Shown: positions 1-10,442 of the stretch, piece after piece
Layout: every line of letters starts with the position of its first letter
How positions within the stretch are numbered: the stretch's first letter is position 1
Program-made: the position numbers and the translations under genes
Notes under the pieces: model-generated
What the model was told of the DNA's origin: nothing
The model's input: the letters and a program-made list of their open reading frames with translations, nothing else
Database searches by the model: none
Assembly: GCA_964406895.1 (NCBI GenBank)
Contig: CAYOTK010000006.1
Span: 557 to 64,556, forward strand
Direction: 5' to 3'
Origin: an uncultured Candidatus Saccharibacteria bacterium
GTDB taxonomy: Bacteria > Patescibacteriota > Minisyncoccia > Phycocordibacterales > PALSA-1337
DNA length: 64,000 bases

Positions 1-47
1 CCGCCGTTCCCTCACGGGAACCGTGGGTTCGAATCCCACTCTCTCCG
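1..47 (+). tRNA. tRNA-Ser (class II, long variable arm), 3' portion only; window begins inside the gene
   Basis: Variable-arm hairpin gttccc-tcac-gggaac, T-arm GTGGGTTCGAATCCCAC, acceptor 3' strand TCTCTCC + discriminator G (matches the canonical tRNA-Ser 3' end ...CTCTCCG); CCA not encoded. Confidence 0.6.
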
Positions 48-205
48 CTGATGATCTGTACCCCATAAAGTGGACACAATCTACAGTTTTCTTTTGTATA
101 ATTAATAACTAATTAACAAAAGGATATGAAAAAATATCTATAATCGAGCATTTTTACTTTTTTGTATTTGTATGGTAGAAATGAATTAGACTAAAAAGAA
201 AGGGG

Positions 206-541
206 GTGATTAAATTGAATGTTTTTGACGAAAAGAGATTTCGTGAAGAGGTGGGAGAATCGCTGGGAAATGATCTGGAACGAGCGGTCATCGTTCTAAA
301 CAACTTCGGACCAAGACTGTCCGCTGATGTGACCAACGTCATACTTCACGCAATCGACAAAAAAATGGTTGCGGAGGTTTTGGCGCTTCTGGAAGAACAT
401 TGGGAGAAATATCTCTGTTATCAACACCCCAGTGTTCGTGGAACGGTCAGGAGTTGGTCCGGTATCAACGAAACCAAAGCACTGTTTCTGAGAATCTGTC
501 AGGAGGTTCTCAAACTTGAACCCACCATTACGACCGATTGA
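206..541 (+). CDS. hypothetical small protein (111 aa)
   Basis: ORF followed by inverted repeat cgccgcttcgag/ctcgaagcggcg at 547-578; no recognisable motif. Confidence 0.4.
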   Translation: MIKLNVFDEKRFREEVGESLGNDLERAVIVLNNFGPRLSADVTNVILHAIDKKMVAEVLALLEEHWEKYLCYQHPSVRGTVRSWSGINETKALFLRICQEVLKLEPTITTD

Positions 542-546
542 CTCAA

Positions 547-590
547 CGCCGCTTCGAGCCTGACCCTCGAAGCGGCGGTCAGTATTTTCA
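547..590 (+). terminator. stem-loop (12-bp GC-rich stem) downstream of ORF 206..541, weak T-tract
   Basis: cgccgcttcgag ... ctcgaagcggcg perfect inverted repeat followed by gtcagtattttcattt. Confidence 0.45.
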
Positions 591-705
591 TTTAACCATC
601 ACCTCCACGAATCAAACAACATTCTATAAAGCAAACATTATTACTTTCGCTATAATGAAATATTAACAATCAATTTATAAAAACATTCTGTGTTAAAATA
701 CCTTC

Positions 706-1413
706 ATGATTCAATATTTCGGAATGATCATAAAGAAATACTTACGCAAATATGGTTATGATATAAAAAAATATCACCCATTATTTGAAACACTCGTAAA
801 GAAATACAACATATCAACAGTATTTGATATTGGCGCAAACAACGGTCAATTTGCGATGAAAATTCACAAAAAATTACCAAATGGCAGAATTTACTCATTC
901 GAACCATTGAAAGATTGCTATGATATTCTGGTTCAAAACCTTGAGAAAGAACGCATCCAATTCAAAGCATTCAATTTTGCCTTAGGTCAGGAAAATGGCG
1001 AGACCATGATTAAACTCAACAATTTCTCTCCCAGTTCTTCAATTTTGCCAATTACTAAAGAGCACGAAAAACTATATCCCAAGAGCAAAGAGATGAACGA
1101 GAGGAAGATTATTATAAGGAAACTTGATGATGTTGCAAAAGAATTGGAAATTACGAATGACATACTTATCAAAATTGATGTTCAAGGATTCGAGGATAAA
1201 GTCATAAAAGGCGGATCTAACATAATCTCAAAAGCAAAAATTATTCTCGTTGAAAACTCTTTTATTCCCCTCTATGAAGGCCAATCTCTTTTCGGCGACA
1301 TACATAAATTACTTTCAGAATTAGGCTTCAATTATTCTGGTCATGGGGATCAGCATTGGAATGAAAAAACCGGTGAGCTTGTCTACGAGGACTCTATTTA
1401 TACAAAATCTTAG
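706..1413 (+). CDS. FkbM-family SAM-dependent methyltransferase
   Basis: FDIGANNGQFAMKI motif (DIGANxG signature of FkbM-family methyltransferases); 235 aa. Confidence 0.65.
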   Translation: MIQYFGMIIKKYLRKYGYDIKKYHPLFETLVKKYNISTVFDIGANNGQFAMKIHKKLPNGRIYSFEPLKDCYDILVQNLEKERIQFKAFNFALGQENGETMIKLNNFSPSSSILPITKEHEKLYPKSKEMNERKIIIRKLDDVAKELEITNDILIKIDVQGFEDKVIKGGSNIISKAKIILVENSFIPLYEGQSLFGDIHKLLSELGFNYSGHGDQHWNEKTGELVYEDSIYTKS

Positions 1414-1470
1414 GGTGAAATACTTTTTGATCTCATAGACCAAATATAGATATGGATTTATAATATATTC

Positions 1471-3114
1471 ATGAAAAAATCAAACTCAATTTATATATAC
1501 ACCACATTTATAACATTACTAATCGCACTGTATACCTTGTCTTTTTTTACTAGATCAAGTCTCATTCCGTTAGTATTGATAATTTTTTACTCAGTATCCC
1601 TTGTACTCATATACAAGAGGAATAGATTTGCCAAAATAATAAACCAAATATCACTCCTAATCACAGCATCAATCCTTTCACTAAATTTATACACCCTCAT
1701 TCATTCAGGATACAACTATAAAGACAGTTTCTTACAATCACTTTTAGTCTTCTATTTATTTATAATCATCATTTCTATTGCATTTATAATATATTGGCAA
1801 AAATCTCAAGCCATAAAATCATTCTTTGACAAATCAACAACAGGGTCTCAAGCAACAGACACATCAAAAACAGGACCAGACGCCTTAAACAATATTCAAA
1901 ATACCTACAAGTTTAATTCTGATCATATAGTTGTATTGTCTATCTTTTCATTTATAAGCTGTATGATGTTCCTATTCACGGGTTGGGGATTTTTATTCGC
2001 AATACCAATTTCACTTGTATTCAGTTTGGTATATGTATTAATATTTGCATCCTCATTGAAGCGAAACAATGCCAGAGCTTTTGCAGTTTATTCTGTGATC
2101 ATTACGCTCATACTTTCTTATGTTTCAATTCTTCTAAATATTGGCGTGGCATCTGATTCCCCAGAGACATACTACATATCCACTGGTCTTTTCGGCGTTC
2201 CAAGCACAAGTCTCAAAGACATATTCGATCAATTGCTTAATATTTCTTATTATTATTTGATTTTTTCAATTCCAGTAAACCTATTATTCATTAAGAAAAA
2301 TGCAAACAAAATCATTTTTTCGATTATTCCTGTATTGGGCATATTGCTTATAGGTACACATTTCGGATTCATCTATAAAAATTTACCCGAATTGAGAGCC
2401 CAGGTAATAAAAGCAAAACAAACTGCTCAAAAAGAAGAACAAGAAAACATCGAGAAAAGATACGAATACAATCCACAAAATATTAATAAAAAAACATTTG
2501 AGAATCGAGTATTTTCAATATTCACTCCTCCAGAACCAGATCCAAGAATATCTACGAATGATTGCCCTTATTCACTAAAAATCTTAAACGAGAATATAAC
2601 TAAAGATCCAATGAGTGTTAGTTGTTTGAATGAATGGTTGAGTGAAGTTAAACAAGTACCGTTTACAGATAAAAACCCTTTTAGCATTACACTTTCAAAC
2701 TCAAGAAATACACTACTGAAAGGGTATGTAATGGTTCTGGTTGTGGAATTAGAAAATCCAAGCTATGTACGTATTTATGCAAATGGCAACGCTGCTAAAG
2801 ATTGTGGATGCAGAATGTGGCCGTATGACTATTCAGGCATTGTGGATTACAAGATAATCAGCTCATCAACAACAATTTATGAACAAAGTGTAGTACAGGC
2901 AGGAGTTACCGATAAGAAAAGGACAATTATGATACTCTATCCTATCAATATTAATGGACTCAAAGATTTGAATTTCAAACTTTCTCAATTTGATGACAAG
3001 CCAGATGTCAAAGTTACATTAAAAGAATTCGGCATATTGAGACCAAAACCACAGACAACTGATCCAGAGTGGCTAATAGAATGGTCGAAAAAACCAAATC
3101 CCTTCTTAAAATAA
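1471..3114 (+). CDS. polytopic membrane protein with soluble C-terminal domain (547 aa), function unknown
   Basis: About 8 N-terminal hydrophobic helices, then Cys-containing soluble C-terminal half; no recognisable family. Confidence 0.5.
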   Translation: MKKSNSIYIYTTFITLLIALYTLSFFTRSSLIPLVLIIFYSVSLVLIYKRNRFAKIINQISLLITASILSLNLYTLIHSGYNYKDSFLQSLLVFYLFIIIISIAFIIYWQKSQAIKSFFDKSTTGSQATDTSKTGPDALNNIQNTYKFNSDHIVVLSIFSFISCMMFLFTGWGFLFAIPISLVFSLVYVLIFASSLKRNNARAFAVYSVIITLILSYVSILLNIGVASDSPETYYISTGLFGVPSTSLKDIFDQLLNISYYYLIFSIPVNLLFIKKNANKIIFSIIPVLGILLIGTHFGFIYKNLPELRAQVIKAKQTAQKEEQENIEKRYEYNPQNINKKTFENRVFSIFTPPEPDPRISTNDCPYSLKILNENITKDPMSVSCLNEWLSEVKQVPFTDKNPFSITLSNSRNTLLKGYVMVLVVELENPSYVRIYANGNAAKDCGCRMWPYDYSGIVDYKIISSSTTIYEQSVVQAGVTDKKRTIMILYPININGLKDLNFKLSQFDDKPDVKVTLKEFGILRPKPQTTDPEWLIEWSKKPNPFLK

Positions 3115-3126
3115 TAAATCGATCTC

Positions 3127-3702
3127 TTATCCCCCTCTTTTTTCCTTCAGAATTCCAGAAGCCTGCTGATAGTAAAGATCCTCTTCATTGAGATTATAAG
3201 AAACTATTATTGACTCAATCTTGTGTAATTCTTGATCAGTTAATCTTCTGAATCCATCATTTTTCAACATATTTTGTTTTTGTTGAGCAGTGAGTTTGGG
3301 ACCATCAATTCTTCTTGTTGTAAACTCAACAAGTTTTGTATTATGCAGAAGCTCGGCGACGCTTTCATCTCTTGAAGCCATATAGAGCTGCGCCCTTCTA
3401 ATCAATGACTCAACATATTCCTTATACTTATCATCCAATTCAGGCAAAGATTCCCTAACCATATCAATCACTTCGGGCAATGAGTCGCCGTACAATACTA
3501 GACTCGAAACCGAACAGTCATCATGAGAAAATGTATTTGAAGCTATATAACGTATATTATTTACATCGACAGTCGCGGACCTGCCCTCCCCATATTCAAC
3601 ATCCGGTCTTTTTATGCTTTCCAGAGATTGCAAGAAAATCTCCAAGGTTTTCATTCTCTCCAAAGCCTCTGGTTTACCCTCTATTGGTAATTCATAATTC
3701 AT
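3127..3702 (-). CDS. hypothetical protein (191 aa)
   Basis: Clean ORF between convergent neighbours; acidic, no recognisable motif. Confidence 0.45.
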   Translation of the reverse strand: MNYELPIEGKPEALERMKTLEIFLQSLESIKRPDVEYGEGRSATVDVNNIRYIASNTFSHDDCSVSSLVLYGDSLPEVIDMVRESLPELDDKYKEYVESLIRRAQLYMASRDESVAELLHNTKLVEFTTRRIDGPKLTAQQKQNMLKNDGFRRLTDQELHKIESIIVSYNLNEEDLYYQQASGILKEKRGG

Positions 3703-3756
3703 ACAACTAGAATACTTGATAATTTTTTATTTGCAAGAATGAATCATGACAATAAA

Positions 3757-5196
3757 TCATCTCCACCCAGGCAACCACATCCTAGAGAAAAGCTCGGAAT
3801 CATTCAGATTGTAACCATAAGTCAGTGGACTAAAATACAAGAATAAAAGAATAGTAACAATGATAACAACAAAAATAACTGGATAGAAATACTTCTTATT
3901 TCTCATAATATTCAGTAGATAAGCAAGAGCCATGATACTGAATATTAACGCAGGTTCATAGTGATACAAAAACATTACACGTCCTATGAAAGAAAATGGC
4001 AGGAAATTGGCCAAAAATCCAAGAAGAATAAAAATCGTTGGAAAATTGACATAATCTTCCGAAGGATTTTTCTTCGAGAATATATTCTTGCAAAATTCAA
4101 AAACAAAAGAGAAAAATAAGAATAAGACAGAAACAATGCCAGCCCAATAAATAAATGGATTACCAATGAGATATATATAGTGACTAGTAGAATTCCAATA
4201 ATATATAGAACGCAACATGAGTGGCCACGTATACCATTTACTAGAATAAGGGTGTGTAGAACCAAAATTAACGTTAGCTTCAATCATGACCTTATTCAAT
4301 TCTAGGGTTTTTTCCATAGAATTCATCTTATTTGTCTGGGTTAACTTACCATCGACGAAAGCAAAAGGTTTCGGCAATTTACTACCAGAAAGTGAGTTCT
4401 GGAAACGTTCACTCATGTAATTATCCCCCGGACCAGAACGAGGAAGTAGTGAAAAATGAATTACGAAAGAAGATATATATAAGATCAAGAATACAAAAAT
4501 AAATATTGTCTTGAATAATATGTATTCCGACCAGTTTTTGCGACTGCAATTCTTACGAAAAACAGAAAAAGAAATTTGATTGTGCATGAAGATGCGCACA
4601 AATTCTAGGCAAATAATGATGAGTGCGAAAGAAAGACCGGTCCACTTCGTGTCGAAAGCAGCCGAAGCAAGAATGGCAGATAAAACTATAAATAAGAAAG
4701 AAAGTTTACGCGAATGCTTATGAACACCTTGAGCATATATCATATAAACGAGCAAAGAAGTGAAACCAAAAAACAAAAGAAAAGTGTCGAAAAGCACAAA
4801 ACGGGATTGTAAGACAAGAGAATTTTCGAACACAACGAAAAGGCCCGCTATGAAAGAAACGATTTTAGAAAAACCAATTCTGCGCGATATGAAGTATATA
4901 ATTACGGGTATGAGAGAACCCAAAAGACTAGGCAAAATCCTCATCAAGATATATGAATGAGGCAAAGCATTACCTATTGTACTAAAATCGACATTTGGAA
5001 CTGCTCCAACAATATGACTGAAAAGAAGGAGTATCAATTTCGCAAGAGGAGGATGAACATCAAAAAAATAAGTACCATGCCAATAATTACTGATGAAATT
5101 CCCAGAATGAACTTCATCGAACACAACCTGACTCGGATAGCCAAAATCAAAAAAACGAGTTGCCAAACCAAGAACAATAAGAACCAAAGGAGTCAT
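3757..5196 (-). CDS. GT39/PMT-like (GT-C fold) polyprenol-phosphate-sugar-dependent glycosyltransferase (protein O-mannosyltransferase / ArnT-like)
   Basis: N-terminal VVFDEVHSGNF ... YFFDVHPPLAKLILL, matching the conserved DE-loop and FDVHPPLGK motifs of PMT/GT39 enzymes; multi-TM 479 aa. Confidence 0.75.
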   Translation of the reverse strand: MTPLVLIVLGLATRFFDFGYPSQVVFDEVHSGNFISNYWHGTYFFDVHPPLAKLILLLFSHIVGAVPNVDFSTIGNALPHSYILMRILPSLLGSLIPVIIYFISRRIGFSKIVSFIAGLFVVFENSLVLQSRFVLFDTFLLFFGFTSLLVYMIYAQGVHKHSRKLSFLFIVLSAILASAAFDTKWTGLSFALIIICLEFVRIFMHNQISFSVFRKNCSRKNWSEYILFKTIFIFVFLILYISSFVIHFSLLPRSGPGDNYMSERFQNSLSGSKLPKPFAFVDGKLTQTNKMNSMEKTLELNKVMIEANVNFGSTHPYSSKWYTWPLMLRSIYYWNSTSHYIYLIGNPFIYWAGIVSVLFLFFSFVFEFCKNIFSKKNPSEDYVNFPTIFILLGFLANFLPFSFIGRVMFLYHYEPALIFSIMALAYLLNIMRNKKYFYPVIFVVIIVTILLFLYFSPLTYGYNLNDSELFSRMWLPGWR

Positions 5197-5250
5197 GGCA
5201 CAATTCTAACATACATACACAATGTGCCAAATAAATATTATACTTGTATT

Positions 5251-6036
5251 ATGCAAAATGATAATAAACCCAAAGCAGTTATAGTCCTACCAACATACAA
5301 TGAAGCAGATAATATCGGCAAAATGATAGACGAATTGCACAACCACATCTTCCCTATTATTCAAAACTGGCAAATGAAAATACTCATTGTTGATGGTGAT
5401 TCGAAAGACGGTACCAGAGAAATAGTCAAAGACAGAATGTCTCGATATGATGATGTATATCTCTTCCTAGAAAATAAAAAAGAAGGCATAGGATCCGCAT
5501 ACATGAATGGTTTCAAATTGGCTTGTTTTACACTAGGCGCACAAGCTGTTTTCGAATTCGACGCAGACTTCCAGCATCCGCTGAATACTATTCCTGAATT
5601 GTTGAATAAACTCGATCAAGGTTACGATTATATTATTGGTTCAAGGAAAATACCAGGTGGCAGCGAAACAAAAGACAGGAATTTCCTGCGCTCATTCCTG
5701 ACCAACGCAGGATCTTTCATTGCAAGAATGATACTTTTCTTCCCCGAAGAAACATTCAAAATCGTCACCGATCCAACCTCTGGCCTAAGAGCAGTGAGAG
5801 TACAGAATTTCCTGGAAAAAATAGACCTTGATCCAACACACCTATACAGTAAGAAATTTGGCTATAAACTGCAATTATTGAAAGAGCTTATAGATCTCAA
5901 ACCAAAATATACCGAGATCCCACTTCAATTCCAGAATAGAAATGCTGGCAAATCCAAATTCGAATTAGGCACAATATTCGAAATTCTCTATACTTGCTTC
6001 CAAACACGTTTCCATAAGAAAACAAAAAAAGTATAA
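5251..6036 (+). CDS. GT2 polyprenol/dolichol-phosphate mannose synthase-like glycosyltransferase (Ppm1/DPM1-like)
   Basis: MQNDNKPKAVIVLPTYNEADNIGKMIDEL ... ILIVDGDSKDGT ... FEFDADFQHP, typical GT2 Dpm1 motifs. Start placed at ATG 5251 because the longer ORF from 4957 overlaps the divergent GT39 gene. Confidence 0.75.
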   Translation: MQNDNKPKAVIVLPTYNEADNIGKMIDELHNHIFPIIQNWQMKILIVDGDSKDGTREIVKDRMSRYDDVYLFLENKKEGIGSAYMNGFKLACFTLGAQAVFEFDADFQHPLNTIPELLNKLDQGYDYIIGSRKIPGGSETKDRNFLRSFLTNAGSFIARMILFFPEETFKIVTDPTSGLRAVRVQNFLEKIDLDPTHLYSKKFGYKLQLLKELIDLKPKYTEIPLQFQNRNAGKSKFELGTIFEILYTCFQTRFHKKTKKV

Positions 6037-6043
6037 TCAATAC

Positions 6044-8266
6044 ATGAAACTTACTCCACAAAGCAGAGTCACAGAGATATTCCGGACTACTGATCTCCAA
6101 AAAGACGCACTGAGAAGAATGGGCATAGAAAGCATAAAAGATCTCATATATTACTTCCCCGTGAGATATGGCGACACAGCTGAAGCAAAAAATATAGACA
6201 GTCTTATTCACGGAGAGAATGTCGTCGTTTATGGCAAAATAACAAATCTCAAAACCAAGAAAAGTTTCCGAAGCAAAATACCGATGGCGCAAGGATACAT
6301 AGAAGATGAAACTGGCAAAATACCTTGTGTTTGGTTCAATCAACCCTACTTGGCCAAAATGTTTTCCGACAACATGCTTGTGAGAATAGAGGGCAAAGTT
6401 TCAGAGAGAAGGAAGAAGCCTCACTCAATAACATTAAACGAAACCCAAGAGGTTGAAGCCGAATCCGGACAATTGTATTTCTCAAATCCCAAAATAGAAA
6501 AAGTAGACAGTGTACCACTGGGTGTCGGAGATTCTCTTTTCGAAAATCAAGAATCAATACACAATCTCTATCCTGTATATCCTGAATCTCGTGGCATAAG
6601 TTCTAGTTGGATATATCACAATATTCAAAAAGTTTTCAAAGCAGGAATTCTAGAACAAATCGTAGAAACTATACCTGAAGAAGTTCTGAATAAATATCAC
6701 CTCCCTTCTATCAAAACAGCCCTTATATGGATACATGCCCCACAGAAACAAGACGACGCAATATCTGCCAGAAAAAGATTTTCATTCGAGGAAATATTCA
6801 CTATTCAACTAGGCAAACAACAAGCAAGAATTGAATATAATAAAAGTCAGTTCTATGATATTACCGTGAATCCACAACATGTCAGAGAATTCGTAAAACG
6901 TTTCCCTTTCACGGCAACACAAGCACAAATGCGTGCAATCGAAACAATCATAAGTGATATGAGTAAAGGTAAAGCCATGACAAGATTGATCGAGGGCGAT
7001 GTTGGTTCAGGCAAAACAGCGGTTGCAGCTTCTGCAACATATGCGGTCATTACGTCGAAAATGAAAGACATGCCTTCGACCAAACTGAGCGTTGCATACA
7101 TGTGCCCTACCGAAATATTAGCCACGCAACATTTCGAATCATTCATAAAATTTTTCTCTTATATGCCTGTACAAATAGGCCTTCTCACATCTTCAGGTTG
7201 CAGGAAATTCCCGTCAAAAATAAATCCAAAAGGTTGGACAGATATATCTAGGACACAACTATTGAAATGGGTTCAAAACGGCGAAATATCTGTTCTGGTA
7301 GGCACACATTCCCTCATCCAAAAATCTGTGAAATTCAAACACCTTGCATTGGCAATAATAGACGAACAACATCGTTTCGGCACATCGCAAAGGTCAAGAT
7401 TAATCAAAAGAGAAGACACAATCATATCACCCCATTTATTGACCATGACAGCTACGCCCATACCGCGCACTCTGGCTTTGACACTATACGGCGATCTAGA
7501 CATCACTTTATTAGATGAAGTACCAGCAGGAAGAAAACCTGTCATTACCGAACTTGTCCTACCTCAAGATCGAGATGCAACATATGAGAAAGTCCGAGAG
7601 GAGCTAAAGAAGGGACATCAATGTTTCGTCATATGTCCCAGAATTGATGAACCGGACCCAGAGAAAGAAATTTTCATAAATGCAAAATCAGTAAAGGAAG
7701 AAGCAAAAAGATTGAAGAAAAAAGTATTTCCAGAATATGAAATAGGCGTCTTGCACAGCAAACTCTCTCCAAAAGAAAAAGATAATGTCATGAATGATTT
7801 CAAAGATGGCAAAACACATATATTATGTTCGACCTCTGTTGTCGAGGTTGGAGTCAATGTACCGAACGCCACTGTTATTCTCATAGAAGGTGCTGAAAGA
7901 TTTGGCCTTGCGCAACTGCATCAACTCCGCGGTAGGGTTCTTAGAAGCACTGATCAAGCTTATTGCTATGTATTCACAGAAACAAATTCCAAGAAATCAA
8001 TCGATAGATTGAAGGCCTTGCAAACAGCAAAAAATGGTTTTGAATTGGCTGAAATAGACCTAAGTCAACGAGGAGCTGGCATGCTGTCGGGCGCAAAACA
8101 GTGGGGCGTATCTGATATCGCAATGGAAGCATTGAAGAATTTGAAAATGGTTGAGGCGGCGAGAAATGAAGCAGCGAGAATTATAGAGGAAGATCCACAA
8201 CTAGAGAAATATCCTCTTCTCAAAGAACGGGTCAAGGCGCATATGGTAGTCTCTCATTTTGAATAG
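6044..8266 (+). CDS. recG: ATP-dependent DNA helicase RecG
   Basis: Wedge-domain N-terminus (YYFPVRYGD), Walker A GDVGSGKT, IIDEQHRFG motif, helicase C-terminal domain; 740 aa. Confidence 0.9.
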   Translation: MKLTPQSRVTEIFRTTDLQKDALRRMGIESIKDLIYYFPVRYGDTAEAKNIDSLIHGENVVVYGKITNLKTKKSFRSKIPMAQGYIEDETGKIPCVWFNQPYLAKMFSDNMLVRIEGKVSERRKKPHSITLNETQEVEAESGQLYFSNPKIEKVDSVPLGVGDSLFENQESIHNLYPVYPESRGISSSWIYHNIQKVFKAGILEQIVETIPEEVLNKYHLPSIKTALIWIHAPQKQDDAISARKRFSFEEIFTIQLGKQQARIEYNKSQFYDITVNPQHVREFVKRFPFTATQAQMRAIETIISDMSKGKAMTRLIEGDVGSGKTAVAASATYAVITSKMKDMPSTKLSVAYMCPTEILATQHFESFIKFFSYMPVQIGLLTSSGCRKFPSKINPKGWTDISRTQLLKWVQNGEISVLVGTHSLIQKSVKFKHLALAIIDEQHRFGTSQRSRLIKREDTIISPHLLTMTATPIPRTLALTLYGDLDITLLDEVPAGRKPVITELVLPQDRDATYEKVREELKKGHQCFVICPRIDEPDPEKEIFINAKSVKEEAKRLKKKVFPEYEIGVLHSKLSPKEKDNVMNDFKDGKTHILCSTSVVEVGVNVPNATVILIEGAERFGLAQLHQLRGRVLRSTDQAYCYVFTETNSKKSIDRLKALQTAKNGFELAEIDLSQRGAGMLSGAKQWGVSDIAMEALKNLKMVEAARNEAARIIEEDPQLEKYPLLKERVKAHMVVSHFE

Positions 8267-8340
8267 TCCGCCCTCTAGGATTCGAACCTAGGACCCCAGA
8301 GGTATAAGCTCTGTGCTCTAACCAACTGAGCTAAGGGCGG
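8267..8340 (-). tRNA. tRNA-Ile with anticodon UAU (reads AUA)
   Basis: 74-nt cloverleaf on minus strand: acceptor CCGCCCT/AGGGCGG, D-arm GCTCAGTTGGTTAGAGC, anticodon arm CAGAG-CTTATAC-CTCTG (U33, anticodon TAT, A37), T-arm CTAGGTTCGAATCCTAG, discriminator A. Abuts recG stop. Confidence 0.75.
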
Positions 8341-8368
8341 GTTATTGGTTACATTATTATCAGTTTAA

Positions 8369-8415
8369 AAGTTCTGTGCTCGGTGCTTTCTAGCCAAAAC
8401 AGCTAAGGGCGGGTG
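8369..8415 (-). pseudogene. degenerate partial copy of the 5' half of the adjacent tRNA-Ile (pseudo-tRNA fragment)
   Basis: ctgtgctcggtgctttctagccaaaacagctaagggcggg aligns with ctgtgctctaaccaactgagctaagggcggg of the intact tRNA, and the flanking gggcgggt[tg]t..ttggtta is also duplicated. Confidence 0.4.
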
Positions 8416-8416
8416 T

Positions 8417-8440
8417 TTGGTTATTGGTTATTGGTTATTT
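8417..8440. repeat. tandem heptamer repeat (TTGGTTA)x3
   Basis: tttggttattggttattggttattt read directly. Confidence 0.5.
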
Positions 8441-8472
8441 ATGGTGAGCCTGTCGAACCATACCCTCATATC

Positions 8473-10380
8473 TTACTGATTTTTTGTCTTCAACGCAATT
8501 CCATGAACACTCAAGAAACCTTCATACTCATCTCGCTCTATAGTCTCCTTCTCTATCAACTTCTTGGCTACAGCCTCAAATACGAGACGATTGTCTATCA
8601 AAGTCTTCTCTGCTTTGACCTTAGCCTCATGCATAATCTTCGTAATCTCAGCATCAACCTCCGCTGCCACGCGCTCGGAGTAATCCCTGTCATTCACACC
8701 CATACCAAACAACACTCTTCCTGTCGGACTCTCGAGAGCTACCGGACCGAGCTTATCTGACATGCCGTACTGAGTGACCATACTCCTCGCAAGAGCAGTC
8801 GACACCTGCAAATCATTCGAGGCACCTGTTGTTATATCACCAAACATCATTTGTTCGGCCACATAACCTCCGAGAGAAACAGCGATGTCGTCCAAGAATT
8901 CACGTCTTGATTGCAATTTCCTATCTTCAATCGGTAATTTGAGTGTATAACCCGCCGCACGACCACGAGAAATAATTGAGATCTTATGTACAGGATCTGC
9001 ATTAGGTAAAACCGAAGCAACAATAGCGTGTCCCGCTTCGTGGTAGGCTGTTATTTCTTTTTCTTTCGCTGACAATATATGACTTCTCCTTTCCGGACCG
9101 AGCATTACTTTCTCGATCGATCTTACTAGATCGAATTGACCTATCTTTGTTCTTTCTTCTCTGGCGGCCAATATAGCTGACTCATTCATAAGTGAATACA
9201 AATCTGCTCCAGAAAAACCCGGCGTTCTTTCTGCTACCACCTGAAGATTGACGTCTTCTGCCAATTTCTTCTTGGATGCATGTATCTTCAATATTTCTTC
9301 CCTATCACTTCGATCTGGCAAATCAATAACTACTCTTCTGTCGAATCTTCCGGGTCTCAAAAGAGCTGGGTCTAGTACATCTGGTCTATTTGTGGCAGCC
9401 ATCACTATGACTTTTTCGTTTGGCTCGAAGCCGTCCATCTCAACAAGTATTTGATTGAGTGTTTGTTCGCGCTCGTCATTACCACCACCAACACCCGAAC
9501 CTCTTGCTCGACCTACTGCGTCTATCTCGTCTACGAATACGATAGAAGGTGCAGTATTTTTGGCTGCCCTGAATAAATCTCTGACCCTCGAAGCACCTAC
9601 ACCTACGAACATTTCTACGAACTCTGAACCAGAAATCGAATAAAAAGCGACATTTGCCTCACCAGCCACCGCTCTTGCCAATAATGTCTTACCACAACCT
9701 GGAGCGCCCATAAGAATAACACCCTTTGGAATTTCTGCGCCTATTTCTATGAATTTCTTTGGATTCTTCAAGAAGTCAACGATCTCTGCCAATTCTTGCT
9801 TTGCTTCTTTTGCACCCGCAACATCTTTGAAAGTTACTTTTTGTTTCTGATCATCGGGCATACTTATTCTGGCTTTTGATTGACTGAATGACAAAGCTTG
9901 CATTCCAGCCCCTCTCACTTGTCTCGATAGAAACCAAATGAAGAAAATCAAGAGCAATAATGGTGCGAGAAATGGCATTAGTAAACTAGCCCAATAAGTA
10001 AATCCGCTAGGCTCAACCACACTGATGGTGGTTGTTGATAATTTTTCTTCCTTGACCCCCAATCTAGAAAGAGTCTCTGTGATCGACGAATCATTTTCCT
10101 TCTGAGAAATTTTCACCGTGCCATCTTTGTATGCTGCAGATATTTTATTATCAGATATTGTCAACGACTGTATTTTGCCTGAATTGATATCGGATGCGAC
10201 CGTATTCAAAGATATTTTGTTTGATTGCTGATTGACATTAGAAAATTCATTGTATATTCCAGCAATAAGCAAGAAGACAATAATAACTATTGCTAGTGCG
10301 TTCAAAAAACGAAGTCCTGAAGACAGGAAACTATTACCCTTCTTACCTTTTGGGTTTTTATTCTTAGGATTAACGGGCAT
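8473..10380 (-). CDS. ftsH: ATP-dependent zinc metalloprotease FtsH
   Basis: N-terminal TM, AAA Walker [22 protein letters not shown] region, zinc-binding HEAGHAIV; 635 aa. Confidence 0.95.
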   Translation of the reverse strand: MPVNPKNKNPKGKKGNSFLSSGLRFLNALAIVIIVFLLIAGIYNEFSNVNQQSNKISLNTVASDINSGKIQSLTISDNKISAAYKDGTVKISQKENDSSITETLSRLGVKEEKLSTTTISVVEPSGFTYWASLLMPFLAPLLLLIFFIWFLSRQVRGAGMQALSFSQSKARISMPDDQKQKVTFKDVAGAKEAKQELAEIVDFLKNPKKFIEIGAEIPKGVILMGAPGCGKTLLARAVAGEANVAFYSISGSEFVEMFVGVGASRVRDLFRAAKNTAPSIVFVDEIDAVGRARGSGVGGGNDEREQTLNQILVEMDGFEPNEKVIVMAATNRPDVLDPALLRPGRFDRRVVIDLPDRSDREEILKIHASKKKLAEDVNLQVVAERTPGFSGADLYSLMNESAILAAREERTKIGQFDLVRSIEKVMLGPERRSHILSAKEKEITAYHEAGHAIVASVLPNADPVHKISIISRGRAAGYTLKLPIEDRKLQSRREFLDDIAVSLGGYVAEQMMFGDITTGASNDLQVSTALARSMVTQYGMSDKLGPVALESPTGRVLFGMGVNDRDYSERVAAEVDAEITKIMHEAKVKAEKTLIDNRLVFEAVAKKLIEKETIERDEYEGFLSVHGIALKTKNQ

Positions 10381-10442
10381 ATGTTTATATATGCTACTTT
10401 AGCTTCTTTTGAGCGTTGTGGCAAGGATTGAACGCTCAACCA

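Noticed and set aside
4957-5250. N-terminal 98 codons of the long ORF 4957..6036
   Set aside because: This part overlaps the divergent GT39 gene start and has no similarity to GT2 enzymes. The conserved GT2 N-terminus begins at ATG 5251.
8413-8760. Plus-strand ORF overlapping the pseudo-tRNA, heptamer repeat and the 3' end of ftsH
   Set aside because: Antisense to a confidently identified ftsH and spans repeat DNA; no motif.
9248-9643. Small plus-strand ORFs inside ftsH
   Set aside because: Antisense to the AAA/protease domains of ftsH; Ser/Thr-rich translations typical of reverse-frame artefacts.
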